Virus record (IMG/VR): IMGVR_UViG_3300002124_000001 | Span: 291 to 64,290 of that record | Length of the DNA: 64,000 nucleotides | Source of the DNA: a virus | Taxonomy: Duplodnaviria; Caudoviricetes | Reading direction: 5' to 3' (one strand) | Shown here: piece after piece, positions 45,749 through 56,446 of the stretch | Position numbering within the stretch: the first letter of the stretch is position 1 | Layout of the letters: each line of letters begins with the position of its first letter | Program-made: the position numbers and the translations under genes | The notes under the pieces: generated by a model | What the model saw: only the letters and a program-made list of their open reading frames with translations | The model's database searches: none | What the model was told of the DNA's origin: nothing

Positions 45749-46806
45749 GAAACAGCCTCTTGAGCGAACAGCGGAGCCGCGCTTCCGATTCGGACGCGTG
45801 CTAGTTCCGCATACGCTGGATTCAATTCGATGCCGACGAAGGACCGGCCGAGCCTCAGCGCGACCGCGCCAGTGGTCCCTGAGCCGCAAAACGGATCGAG
45901 GACCAGATCGCCAACCCGTGAACCGGCTTTGATGCACCGCTCCGGGAGGGCTTCAGGGAATGTCGCAAAGTGCGCGTCTGGGTAATTCGCCGCGGTAAAT
46001 GTCCACACCGAACGCGCGTTGCTGCCAACCGCCATTTGTTCGGCTTTAGACATCTCATCCCACCGCCGATTGAAGCCTTCGTGACGCCGACCATGTCCAC
46101 GCTGCTTGTCGCGCAACCGCGCCACGATCCGCGACTTTACCGCTGAGGCATCCTGCGCGCCTGTGCCGGTGAAGTCTTTCCTGGCCGTGCCGTCGTAGCC
46201 TTGTTCAACCTCTTTCAGTGTGCTCTCAGCCGTCGGATTCTTGATCGCTCCGGCGTCGTAGTAGTACCGCTCAGACTTAGTCAGCAGAAAGACGTATTCA
46301 TGTGCCTTTGTGGGCCTGTCAGTCACGCGCTCTGGCATGGGGTTCGGCTTTGACCACACGACGTCTGACCGCAGATACCAGCCCGCCGAGCGCAGCGCGA
46401 ACGCTACCATCCACGGAATCCCAATAAGGTCTTTGGGTTTGATACCTTCAATGCCATGCCATCGTCGCCTGACTGCCTTCCACGATGCCGGTGTGCCATC
46501 GTGCTCCAGCGTGTGCTTCCCGGTGTTGGCGCCGCCGCCTCCCCACTTGTCGCTGTTGCAGTACGTGTCGCCAAGGTTCAGCCACAGCACTCCGTCAGAT
46601 TTCAGAACTCGATGCACTTCTCCACAAACACTAACCAGTGCTTCAACGAACGCCTCTGGTGTTGGCTCGAGACCAATCTGGGACGTGTGCCCGTAGTCGC
46701 GAAGCCCCCAGTACGGAGGGCTAGAGACGGCGCATTGGACTGAGACATCCGGCAACAGCCGCAGTTGCTCACGAACGTCTCCGACCATGAGCCTCCACGT
46801 GCTCAC
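45745..46806 (-). CDS. DNA amino-methyltransferase, beta class (N4-C/N6-A)
   Basis: [12 protein letters not shown]; WSKPNPMPE; HFATFP..L; DPFCGSGTT. Confidence 0.93.
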   Translation of the reverse strand: MSTWRLMVGDVREQLRLLPDVSVQCAVSSPPYWGLRDYGHTSQIGLEPTPEAFVEALVSVCGEVHRVLKSDGVLWLNLGDTYCNSDKWGGGGANTGKHTLEHDGTPASWKAVRRRWHGIEGIKPKDLIGIPWMVAFALRSAGWYLRSDVVWSKPNPMPERVTDRPTKAHEYVFLLTKSERYYYDAGAIKNPTAESTLKEVEQGYDGTARKDFTGTGAQDASAVKSRIVARLRDKQRGHGRRHEGFNRRWDEMSKAEQMAVGSNARSVWTFTAANYPDAHFATFPEALPERCIKAGSRVGDLVLDPFCGSGTTGAVALRLGRSFVGIELNPAYAELARVRIGSAAPLFAQEAVS

Positions 46807-47375
46807 GCTTTCCCCCAGCACGCCGCACACGATCGATCCGGATGCGTCGAGTAGACCGTCCGACGGCAGCAGAGCCAGCTCAGAAGCACTGCTCCAGCCT
46901 GAAGATCGTCATATGACTTTGGGTTGTTCCTGCGAGTCATAGGTAGCGCCAGTCTGCTCGGCGTTTCCGCGTCAACATGTTCACGAACGTGCGATACATC
47001 TCTCGGCTTTCCTTCTGATAGTCCACTGTGTAATACCCGGCCATGTCGTAGAAGGCGTCTCGAATCCAGTGTCGCTGCGCCACCGTGAATCTCGCCCTCT
47101 TGACGTGGCTGTTTCGACGCACCATTACCCCTGCTCCTGAAAGAGCCCACACGTCGGCCACGCCCGTTTCCACGCCAGCGGACGCGACCGCCGACGCTCC
47201 GGCTGTGGCGCCTTCAGGCAGATCCGATACGAGATCGTGCTCCGGCTCGCATGCGGGAAGGCCCGAGAGACACACCACGCGCACGATCCGCACGTCGCCT
47301 CCACTGGACCGACCCCGTGGATCTCCCGCATCAGCACCGACGAATCCGGGTTGGTCGCGCTCATGACTCACTCGA

Positions 47376-47957
47376 TCAGTGCGTCGCTGGGGCTTCGTCG
47401 GCGCCCTCCACCGGCTGGCGTTTCTTCGGCTTCGGCGTCTTGGCCTCCGTCGGTTCGTCGAACAACTTCGGCCCTCGACGCATCGCCGCCGCGAACTGCT
47501 CCAGGTCGCGCTTGTAGAGTCCGTGTCGCTCCACGATCTCCGCGAACTCTTCGATGTCATGCTTCCGCATCCGGTAGCAGATGCGCCCGAGTTCATCCTC
47601 AACGGGTTCGTCGTCTTCTCCGAGCACGACTTCGGCGTGACACAGTTCGTGATCGATGAGCGCCCGCCGCTGCGCGTCGGTGGCCGTCGGCTCCGTCCAG
47701 AACTCGCGGTTCAGCAGAATGACGAAGTCGAAGTCCGCGAGTTGGCGATCAAGGTCCGAGGCTTTCTTGCACTTCCCCAACACCACGCGGCCGTCGGTGT
47801 CGGCCTTCCACCCCTTGTGCCACGCCAACGCGATCTTGGCGTCTCTCAGGTGGCTGTGATGCGCATGCACGAGGTCGTCCACGATCCGGTGCATCCCGGC
47901 GTACTGGCTGTCTTCTTCCGTGATGAGGCGATACGCGACTTTCTTTGGCTTGGGCAT
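47376..47957 (-). CDS. putative phage metallopeptidase
   Basis: ALIDHELCH (HExxH); RKHDIEEF.EIVERHG. Confidence 0.8.
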   Translation of the reverse strand: MPKPKKVAYRLITEEDSQYAGMHRIVDDLVHAHHSHLRDAKIALAWHKGWKADTDGRVVLGKCKKASDLDRQLADFDFVILLNREFWTEPTATDAQRRALIDHELCHAEVVLGEDDEPVEDELGRICYRMRKHDIEEFAEIVERHGLYKRDLEQFAAAMRRGPKLFDEPTEAKTPKPKKRQPVEGADEAPATH

Positions 47958-47966
47958 GATGTCCTT

Positions 47967-48428
47967 TCAGTTGCTGAACAGATTCGTAGGCTCTGCGATG
48001 GCCGGCGCCTGATGTGGATTGAACGGCTGGATCCGCACGTCGATCCCCGGCTGGTAGCCCCACCACTTCGTCACGCGCAGGTCCACTACGGCGTTGTCGT
48101 CTTCGATGAAGCGCAACGCGACGAGCCGATCCTCGAGCGTTTTTGTGACGTTGCTGCAATCCGGACGCGACGTCATCGGGATCCTGCCTCCGGCGCGGAC
48201 GCGCTTCGAGTGACTCGCCAGCCACGGCCAGACGAACTGCAGCGTGAGCACGATCGGACCTTCGATCGGCGCCGACGGTTGATGCTGGAGCAGCAACGAA
48301 TCAAGCGTGGCCTTCGCGGCGACGAGCTCCGGCTTGTCGGCCAAACTGGAGAACTTCCCGCGCTTCACGATCCGCTTCGCGTGATGCGAGGTCTTCGGTG
48401 GCACGCAGGAGACGTGGAAGGCGATCAC
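47967..48428 (-). CDS. rusA: Holliday junction resolvase RusA family
   Basis: RPDCSNVTKTLED...DDNAVV. Confidence 0.85.
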   Translation of the reverse strand: MIAFHVSCVPPKTSHHAKRIVKRGKFSSLADKPELVAAKATLDSLLLQHQPSAPIEGPIVLTLQFVWPWLASHSKRVRAGGRIPMTSRPDCSNVTKTLEDRLVALRFIEDDNAVVDLRVTKWWGYQPGIDVRIQPFNPHQAPAIAEPTNLFSN

Positions 48429-48982
48429 TGGGGAGGCTCCGGTGTGTGACTTGGAAGAATCTTCGCAAGCAACGACGCGTCCTTAGAGGCGTAGCGCACA
48501 GGTTTGCCGTGCTGCTCTGCGTACGCGATTTCATTGCGCGTGGATTCACCGATATAGCCTCCGATGTCGAGCACGAGGACTTCATCGGAGAGATCGATCT
48601 TTCTCAGATGATGCGCGTCGCGCTGCTCCTTTGTTCCGGTGACCTCAGCGAAGTGACTCCGCACACCACAGAACCACAGTGGCAACAACGTGCAGCCCAG
48701 GACGATGTTGCCTTCGAGCTCCAGCACCCACGTGGCCGTGGCGAACTGCTCGATGAACCTGGTTGAGCCGCAGAGGCAGACGATTCGATATGGAGGAGGG
48801 ACATACGGATCGAGTTCCTTCGGCGCGTGCTCGCCGTACTCCTCCTTCACACGGGCTGGATCGTAGAAGAGGCGCGCAATCGGTCGCATCAAGCAGTCGC
48901 CACGCACGCACCCTCTCGACGCTGACTCAGCGAGTGGCCATCCGCAGATCGCGCAGCGGTTGTTGTCGAGTTGATTAGCCAT
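48425..48982 (-). CDS. nucleoside deoxyribosyltransferase-like (DUF4406-like) Rossmann protein with N-terminal Cys domain
   Basis: VCLCGSTRF...HLRKIDLSDEVLVLDIGGYIGEST..EI.YA. Confidence 0.7.
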   Translation of the reverse strand: MANQLDNNRCAICGWPLAESASRGCVRGDCLMRPIARLFYDPARVKEEYGEHAPKELDPYVPPPYRIVCLCGSTRFIEQFATATWVLELEGNIVLGCTLLPLWFCGVRSHFAEVTGTKEQRDAHHLRKIDLSDEVLVLDIGGYIGESTRNEIAYAEQHGKPVRYASKDASLLAKILPSHTPEPPQ

Positions 48983-49680
48983 CAGAGCGTTCCGTTCTTC
49001 GCCTCCGCGCCCAACGTGAACCCATTCGGCCGAGGCTGGAGCGCGAGGGTCCTCGATCGCTGTAGTGGCGATGGCGAGTCAAAGAGCAGTTCTTCAGGCC
49101 ATCCCTTAAGTACTCGCCACCGAAGCGTATGGAGTTTCGTCCCGCTCGATTCTGACCACTCGGCCAATGTCTTCGTAACTCCGCGAATCGTCACCCTGTG
49201 GCTTGACCGCTTGTTGCGCCCCTGCTCCTTTGAAGTCGTCCACCGGCAATTGGAAGGCTCATAATTGCCGCTGTTGTCGATACGCTCAATCTCTAATGAA
49301 CTGTCGAACGTGGGACCCATGTCTTCAGCAAAGGCTTGGAACGACAACCAGCGATCACAGACGGTGATGCCGCGACCTCCGTAGTCTGGATATGATGGGT
49401 GGCTAACGCAAAAACAGCGGCTCTTTATGCCATCCCATCGCTTGTACAGTGACGTGTGTGATGCCCCGTGAGTCGTCGAACGAACGCTGACTAATTCGCG
49501 CTGGAGGCAACCGCAACTTCGAGTCAACCCGCGCACGAGTGATGGTCCGACGATCAGTTTTGTACCACCGCATTCGCAACGGCACCGCCACAGAACATAC
49601 CCATAGGCGGATCTGCCTTCAGCGCAAACCACAACCAACCGCCCGAAGACGCGACCAACTAGGTCCGTATGTGCCATCAC
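48982..49680 (-). CDS. HNH homing endonuclease
   Basis: WRCRCECG...SCGC...YGGRGITVC.RW..F...IERIDNSGNYEPSNCRW. Confidence 0.9.
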   Translation of the reverse strand: MMAHTDLVGRVFGRLVVVCAEGRSAYGYVLWRCRCECGGTKLIVGPSLVRGLTRSCGCLQRELVSVRSTTHGASHTSLYKRWDGIKSRCFCVSHPSYPDYGGRGITVCDRWLSFQAFAEDMGPTFDSSLEIERIDNSGNYEPSNCRWTTSKEQGRNKRSSHRVTIRGVTKTLAEWSESSGTKLHTLRWRVLKGWPEELLFDSPSPLQRSRTLALQPRPNGFTLGAEAKNGTL

Positions 49681-51354
49681 GACACCGTTCCGTTCTTGAC
49701 AGCAACGCCGAATTGAACCCCTGACACGCCTGATTCTGGTAATAACTGCGACTTGCAGTGAGCATCCGCCAGCTTCGTGAACCCGTCGCGATCCCGCACC
49801 GACAGCCAGAACGAGGATTCTTGAGGCTTGGCCTTCGCGGCGAGTGGCCCTTTCTTCTGTGTGGTGAACTCGTCGTCTCTCACGGGTGCCTCCGTCTCGT
49901 GGACGTCGCCAGAGACTCAGATAGCGTTACTTCATACACAACAAAGTGCTCCGCGTTGGCACCATCTACACCTGCCGGATGCCTGACTCGCCACACGCGC
50001 TGCGCCTCTACGGCCTCGTCCCAGATCGCATCGTGTGTTTGTGTGTCCGAAATGACAGCCGGTGTCGGCGGAAACGTCGCGTGATACTCCATGCAGGCGG
50101 CACGAAATGTGTCGGCGTCAGCCCGCTCGGTAAATGCGCGAATGGGATCTGACACCTCGTGGTCAATAGTCGCCATCACAAGAAACACGACTCCCTTCAC
50201 CGCTGCCTCCGTCTCGCCGTCTCCCCCAACCTCACGAGATCCGTCCGCGTCCCTCGCCGCACCGATCCCTCCACCTGTTGAGGATCCGGCGTCTGTCGAT
50301 CCATCTGCCGGAACTTCATCAGCACGTCCTGAAACACATGCGGCGCCAACGAGAGCACGACTTCTCTGGTGATCCCCTCGTGCTGCACCAGGACCGTCAG
50401 TACCGCTCGGCCGTCCAGTTGCTCCTTGAGGACAAGGTGATCCAGGGTGACCTTCATCCTTCCACCTTCGACCTTGTGGCGACGTGCGGTGACTCCAGAG
50501 CGGCATGGATGATCATCTGGGTCTGCACCGTGCATAACTCGCACAACTGGACCCGCCAATGCTGCAACTCGCCGATGTGAATCTCGGCCGTCTTGATCGT
50601 CCACGCTGATTTCACTTCCCGACACCGTTGGCAGATTGCCGTCACGCGACATCCCTTCCGGCCGCGTTCATGCCGCATCTCCAGACGCCCGGCGCTGCTC
50701 CCACAACTTCCATCCACGCGCCTTGACGTACTCCACTCCTGACTGCGTATAGCGCCTCTCCAGTGAACTGTTCACGGTCGGCCAGTCCACAAAGTCTGGC
50801 TCCTCGTCACGTTGGATAGCACGAATGCCCTCCGCGTAGATCGCCGCGATCGTGTCTCGCGTCGAGCCCGTGCGAGCGATTTCAGCCATCAGCCTCTCGG
50901 TGCGCGTCACGCGACATCCCCGGCCGTCGCGCTCAGGGCCTCGATCGCGTGCTTCAACGTGCACTTCTTTGAATGCCCGTGCATCTGTGAGGCGTGACAC
51001 ATCGGGCAGACGTAATACGTCTCAGAGCCTTGCCACTCAATCCGAAGCAACAGCGTCAACATTTCGTCCGGCGTCATGCGTCAACTCCCGCTTGCTTCTT
51101 GAAATCCGCCGCTACCTTCACCGCGACATTCCGCAACGGTGCAAAGGGCTGAGACGTGGGAATCAATTTCGCCACCGGCAACGACGGCTGAGGAATCCAC
51201 GCCTCCGGTGAATCATCCGAATCAGACTGAGGCCACACGCAGACCACTTGCATCGCCTCCCAACAAGAGAGGCAGCGCCAGAATCCCGTCTGCGGGAGCT
51301 TGATCGTGCCTGGCTCGCGACGGCAGGATCCGCAGCGAGGGCCGAGATACTTCG

Positions 51355-52437
51355 TCACGAGGCCACCTTCACCGGATACTTCGCCGGGTTGCGGTTCTTG
51401 GCCTCGCACATTTGCCGGTGAGAGCAGCGATCGACGTGCTGGCAGGACCATGAGGCCATCGGCGCCGGCTTTGTCACCATTGGTGCCCGCGCGCCACCGC
51501 AGTTATCGACGGCGCGGTTTAACCAATTCACGAGAAACTTCTCCATACCTTGGGAGGTTTTTCGGCGGCCGAGATTGGCTAGTACCCACGCCAGTGCGCT
51601 CCTACATTCCTGAGGAACGTCGAGCATCGGATACAACTCGTCCCACGCTTTCACTTGAGCCGATGCCAATGGCCAGATTGGGACGTCTTTGCCAACGATA
51701 GGGAATTCCAGGAACGGCTTCGGCTCGGAGTCGCGCAGCGGCTCCGGGCTCCTCACTTGTTCCCTTTCCAAAACCAATTCCCGTTCCTTTTCCTGTTCCC
51801 CTTCCTTGTCAGGACCCTGTTGACGTGGGTCTGTCACCCCGTTAACGGTGTGTCCGAAGTCTCCAGGCCAGTCGAATCCGACTTCGTCCGGGAGCTTCGC
51901 GCCTTTCTTCGCATTGCACTTCTTGCAAGCCGTCACGAGATTCCGTTCGTCGTGACTGCCGCCCCGCGCCAACGGAATCACGTGATCGATACAGCGCGAC
52001 CGAGCGTCCGTTCCCATGTCTTTTTTGCAGTAGACACATGTGAACGAGTCACGCTGGTAAATGCGCTGTCGAACCGTTTCGTTCGGCGCTCTCCCGAGTT
52101 GGTCGGTCTCTCCGTTTGGACCCTCGATCTGAGACGGAGCCTCGTCGCGGTTCACGAGTTGATGCCTAGCCCACGTTGGAATCGAGATGGCCTTCAATCC
52201 GTTCGTCTGATACCGGACGATTAATCCAGCACGAACGAGTTCGTCGAGGCCCTCATTGACATCGACCTGGTCGTAGGGAAACAACTCGGCCTTGATTCGC
52301 ATCGGCCGGTCTTCGAGTCGACCAGAGCGATCCGCAACCGTCCAGAGGCCTGTGAATAACAGCCGCCACTGGTACGGAAGCGAGCCAACTTGCTCGTTCT
52401 TGAAGAAGTCCGGCTTGATTGTGCGAATTCGGGCCAA
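51355..52437 (-). CDS. replication initiator with in-frame HNH domain
   Basis: ARIRTIKPDFF N-terminus; CVYC...IDHVIPLARGGSHDERNLVTACKKCNAKK; C-terminal KFLVNWLNR. Confidence 0.85.
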   Translation of the reverse strand: MARIRTIKPDFFKNEQVGSLPYQWRLLFTGLWTVADRSGRLEDRPMRIKAELFPYDQVDVNEGLDELVRAGLIVRYQTNGLKAISIPTWARHQLVNRDEAPSQIEGPNGETDQLGRAPNETVRQRIYQRDSFTCVYCKKDMGTDARSRCIDHVIPLARGGSHDERNLVTACKKCNAKKGAKLPDEVGFDWPGDFGHTVNGVTDPRQQGPDKEGEQEKERELVLEREQVRSPEPLRDSEPKPFLEFPIVGKDVPIWPLASAQVKAWDELYPMLDVPQECRSALAWVLANLGRRKTSQGMEKFLVNWLNRAVDNCGGARAPMVTKPAPMASWSCQHVDRCSHRQMCEAKNRNPAKYPVKVAS

Positions 52438-52508
52438 ATGCACCCCACCCTTTCCGGATCCCGATCCGGACGTCCCTGTGTTCCGTGGTGTCGAAAACTA
52501 AACCTGAC

Positions 52509-52949
52509 TTACAGCGTGACTTCGTCCGGATCGTCCGCGAGGTCATCCACTTCACAATCGATCATCTCACCAGGCGCCAGCGCGCGATCTGGAGGCATCT
52601 GCACGTTCATCAACGGCCGCGCCTGCATCTTCTCGACGGCCAGCAAGGCCGCCTCTTTCGTGCACGGCGTGATCGTGTAGATCGACCCTGAGCCGACCAG
52701 TTTCGAAAACCCAGCGACCGCGCCTTCCTTCACCGTCGATCCTGCCGGCGCGTACGTGCCGTCGATGTACTCCGGTCGGACTGTGACGCGCTCTCGCTCG
52801 TCTAGCGCCGGCACGTCGATCCGAAACAGCACGGCCGCGCCGTACGCCTCGGTTGTGACGAAGCCGACGTACCGCTGATGCCCCATCACGTCCACGATCG
52901 CCCAACCTTCAAAGTGCGCTTGCTGCTGTTCTGACATCGACCCCTCCAA
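52509..52949 (-). CDS. conserved phage hypothetical protein
   Basis: FEGWAIVDVMGH...RIDVP. Confidence 0.6.
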   Translation of the reverse strand: MEGSMSEQQQAHFEGWAIVDVMGHQRYVGFVTTEAYGAAVLFRIDVPALDERERVTVRPEYIDGTYAPAGSTVKEGAVAGFSKLVGSGSIYTITPCTKEAALLAVEKMQARPLMNVQMPPDRALAPGEMIDCEVDDLADDPDEVTL

Positions 52950-53128
52950 CTACTTCAAAAACATCACGTCGACCTGCACCATCTGCCAGCCAGGCCAGTC
53001 GATCGGGTGCGATAACTTCACGCCGTCGATCGGTTTAGGCGGAGGATTCAAGCGCGAGAGCATGCGATGAAACGACCGCGTCAGTTCAGCATCGCGCGCC
53101 GGATTCTTCTGCCGCCTGATTCGCTCTC

Positions 53129-53365
53129 TCACCAACGCCGCCGATCGCGTTCCCGAAACCGATCCGACGGCAACATCGCCTCTTGGTCGTCCGCGCGCGT
53201 CCTGCCAGCTTCTCCGTCGCTGTTCCGCGTCCCCTTGCATTTTGGATACGCCTTGCATCCAAAGAACCGCTGCGGTTGCTGGTCAATCTCGTTTGGCCGT
53301 GGCTTCCTTTGGCGCGATACCATCGGACCGCCGCAATCTGGGCACTCGACGCTTTCTGGTTTCAC
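53129..53365 (-). CDS. topoisomerase-type C4 zinc-finger protein
   Basis: CPDCGGPMV...FFGCKAYPKCKGT. Confidence 0.85.
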   Translation of the reverse strand: MKPESVECPDCGGPMVSRQRKPRPNEIDQQPQRFFGCKAYPKCKGTRNSDGEAGRTRADDQEAMLPSDRFRERDRRRW

Positions 53366-53898
53366 ACGAGCACCGCTGTTCTTCTGGGGCGATACTTGCC
53401 GCGCGGACGCTGGTTATTCCGTTGAGTCGACAAGTCGGCCCACCTGACGTTTCCTGGCTCATAGCCCTTGTTGTTGTCGAGTCTGTCGAGCGAGAACGAC
53501 GGCAACGGTTTAGGGCCGACGGCAGCCAGGAACGCCTCAAACGACGAGTCCCATTCAGCGCAAACAGAAATGCCACGATCAAAGTACAAGTGTCGTTTCG
53601 GCCAACTCGGGAGACAGCGCCGCCGCATGGCATTCCATGCGACGTACTCAGCCGACCTCTGGTTATTCGCGGTGTGCCGATGCGTAGCCTTCAGGTGCTT
53701 CTTTGCGATCTCGCGGGAGATCTCTCGCCGCAGGCAGCCGCACGAGCGCGTATCGCCATTCAGAACGTCGGACGCTGCTTTTACGACGACGGACCCACAT
53801 GAACAGAGGCACTTCACCAGCGTCTTCCGATTGGTGTTCACCTCAAGCACCGTGAGACGTCCGAACACATCGCCGCGCGACACCACTAGGCGCCTCAT
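53362..53898 (-). CDS. HNH homing endonuclease
   Basis: CLCSCG...SCGC...SLDRLDNNKGYEPGNVRWA. Confidence 0.9.
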   Translation of the reverse strand: MRRLVVSRGDVFGRLTVLEVNTNRKTLVKCLCSCGSVVVKAASDVLNGDTRSCGCLRREISREIAKKHLKATHRHTANNQRSAEYVAWNAMRRRCLPSWPKRHLYFDRGISVCAEWDSSFEAFLAAVGPKPLPSFSLDRLDNNKGYEPGNVRWADLSTQRNNQRPRGKYRPRRTAVLV

Positions 53899-53932
53899 TT
53901 AGTCCTCCAAGTCGGACAGGTCACGTCAGGCT

Positions 53933-54220
53933 TCATCGCGTCACCCGATACACAGCGCATCCGTCCCGCCGCGTCTCCGTCTTCACGACCCGGCCCTGCT
54001 TCTCGAGCGCATGCACCCGAGCACAGACCGACGCGCGCCCGATCCGCAACGCCGCGCTGATTTCCTTCTGCGTGGCTCCGTAGGCACCACAGCGTTGTAT
54101 CCACTCGTAGACATCCAGCCCCTGAGGACCGACGAACCGCACCGCCTGCAGCGCCGCGTCTCTCGACGTGGAGGAGCCGCTTTGAAACGGCAGCTCGTAG
54201 TTGGCGTCGAGGTACGGCAC
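53933..54220 (-). CDS. winged-helix DNA-binding protein
   Basis: GATQKEISAALRIGRASVCARVHALEKQGRV. Confidence 0.7.
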   Translation of the reverse strand: MPYLDANYELPFQSGSSTSRDAALQAVRFVGPQGLDVYEWIQRCGAYGATQKEISAALRIGRASVCARVHALEKQGRVVKTETRRDGCAVYRVTR

Positions 54221-54223
54221 CGG

Positions 54224-54487
54224 TCAGTCCTTCTCTCGCTCGGCCAACATCGCGTCAGCAACCTGATACAGCCGATGCGCCATGTTCTCGAACTCTTCAA
54301 CACTTGATGGCCGTAGTCCTGGGTCGCCCATGAGTCCGATGAGCGCCTGCCCGGCGAACCAATCCCGGAGCTTCATGCCGCCGAAGCCGTACTCGGAAGC
54401 CGCCACCGCTTCTTTGTAGCCGTCGCGGTCTTCTGAAATCACGAACGGCTCTGGAAACGCTGCGCCACCGTCAGGCTTCGCCATCAC
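54224..54487 (-). CDS. conserved phage hypothetical protein
   Basis: DGGAAFP...GMKLRDWFAGQAL. Confidence 0.7.
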   Translation of the reverse strand: MMAKPDGGAAFPEPFVISEDRDGYKEAVAASEYGFGGMKLRDWFAGQALIGLMGDPGLRPSSVEEFENMAHRLYQVADAMLAEREKD

Positions 54488-55522
54488 CGCTCCTCCTTCG
54501 ACCAGTCGAGCGCCTGCTGCTGCATCACTTCTTTCCGTGCCGGACGCGATACTTCGGAAGTCCAGTCAGGCAGTCCGCGACGGCCTTGCCGTTGACGATG
54601 CACTCGTCGCAGTAGTCGTCGAAGGACTGGCCTTGTTCGTCCTGTTCCTCTGGTCCTTGAGGGTCGAGAACGCGCAACTGAAGTTTGAGGTACCGCTGCT
54701 GCGTAATCAGCTGCTTGCACGCCGAGCAGACACGAGCCATGGTCATGAGCGCTCCTCCGCCGGCACGGCGTCATACGGCACCACCGCCGGGAACATCCCG
54801 GTCTGAAGATCGCGGCGCAACCCATCCACGCGCAGGAGTGCCGCCTGCATCGTCGGAAACTTCGCCAACTCCCCGTCGCTGAGCCGGTAGTACGAATCGC
54901 CGTCCTCGGAGCTGATCCGGATCGCGAAGCCGTTGGGGGAGCGCTTCAGGGCCATCAGAGGTCTCGGCCTTTGAAGTGTTCAGGGTTGCGGGCGAAGAAC
55001 GGCTGCTCGTACATCCAGCCGTCCGAGTAGCACATGAAACGTGACCAGATTCGATTCAGCGGCCCGCCGACTTCACCGAGAAACCGTCCCGCGAAACTGC
55101 TCGGATGAATCTCATCTGGGTCGTTGCGGAACACGCGCTCGGTCGGATACTTCGCGCGGCACAACTCGACAACGGCACGACGCGCGGCATTGAACACTTG
55201 AGGGTCGAGCGCCACGCGCACATCGCTGTCGGTGGGTCGCTCGGGCAACATCGCCTCAATGGCCTGCACGCCCACATCAAGGTTGTCGCGCGAGATGGCC
55301 GCGTTCTCGTTGTCCCACTGCGAGCCGTCCGAGGCGATCCACACCGTCTTTGCCGTCGCCATCAGTCCTCCTGCGCCTCGTCCTTGATCTCTTCGAGCTT
55401 CGCGCGCGTGTAGGACTCATCCCGTTCCGTCAGCACGCCGCCGAGTGTCGCGACGTCCTTGACGATCTCCACCGGCAACTGCACGACGTTGACGACCGTA
55501 CGAACGATCTGCCCGAAGAGTT

Positions 55523-55942
55523 TCATGCGACCGCCTTCTCTGCCCGCAGCCTGAACGGCTCCTTAGATGGCTTCACGAGATTTCGGTTCCACGAAAACCG
55601 ACAGGTCCGAGCGTCAGTCCCGATCACCAGCAGCACGTTGCCGGTCAGGAATTCATGGATGTGCCGAGACACGAGGATGATTCGCTTGGGGTCCGTCACC
55701 CACTCCGGCTTGAGATTCCGCCCCTTGATGTGGTGATGCTCGCGCAGCGTCTTCGGATTACGACTGTTCGGCGTCAGCGTGACGCCGGTCACTTGGCACT
55801 TGTTGTCTTCGCGCGCGTTCACCTTCCGGTACGCCGCCAATAGTTTGGCGTCCGCAGCGCGATCGATCCGGTGCTTGTCTAGCACGCGCGGGACCATTCG
55901 GTCCTTGGCAAACGCGAAGTACGGGAAGTCGAGATTGGCCAA
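55523..55942 (-). CDS. NinG/HNH-like protein
   Basis: RED..CQVTG...HHHIKGR...HIHEF. Confidence 0.5.
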   Translation of the reverse strand: MANLDFPYFAFAKDRMVPRVLDKHRIDRAADAKLLAAYRKVNAREDNKCQVTGVTLTPNSRNPKTLREHHHIKGRNLKPEWVTDPKRIILVSRHIHEFLTGNVLLVIGTDARTCRFSWNRNLVKPSKEPFRLRAEKAVA

Positions 55943-56446
55943 CGCTACGCCTCGCGTCCTTCGGCTTTGGAGGCGATGGCCGCGTTCACGCGAGCCGTGC
56001 GCCCGTTCCGTTCATTAGCCACTGCCACAGCCCCGGCCAATCCGGCTGCTGCGCGGTCCGCCTGACGCACGCTCATCGTGATGCCTTGCCATTCGTCGTC
56101 TTCGATGTTGATGAACTGCTCTCCTGTTTTGCGATGCGTCGTCAAGAGCACGCGCATCCCGTCCGGAAGCTCTGGGCCGATGCGCTCACTTGCCCACTTT
56201 GAGTTATGCCGGACGATGCGCGGTTGACCTGGGACGTGCGTGGCCATATCTACTCGTCCTCATTCCCTGAGACGCTGAGACGCTCCCGCATCGCACCCTT
56301 GGAATAGGAGCGATCTGCAATTGGGATCTCCGCGAGGGTGACGCGTCGATACGTCCGCCCCTCCTGCGCTTCACACCGATCACACACGTCGTCGTCCGTT
56401 TCGGATTGGAACGGTCGATCACAGAAAAAGCAGCGACACGAGAGCA

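Noticed and set aside
50641-50920. 15-bp direct repeat GTCACGCGACATCCC at two gene starts
   Set aside because: Probably a reused translational junction; too short to support a mobile element.
51700-52120. Intein in the replication initiator
   Set aside because: No N-terminal Cys/Ser block and no His-Asn followed by Cys/Ser/Thr around the HNH domain.
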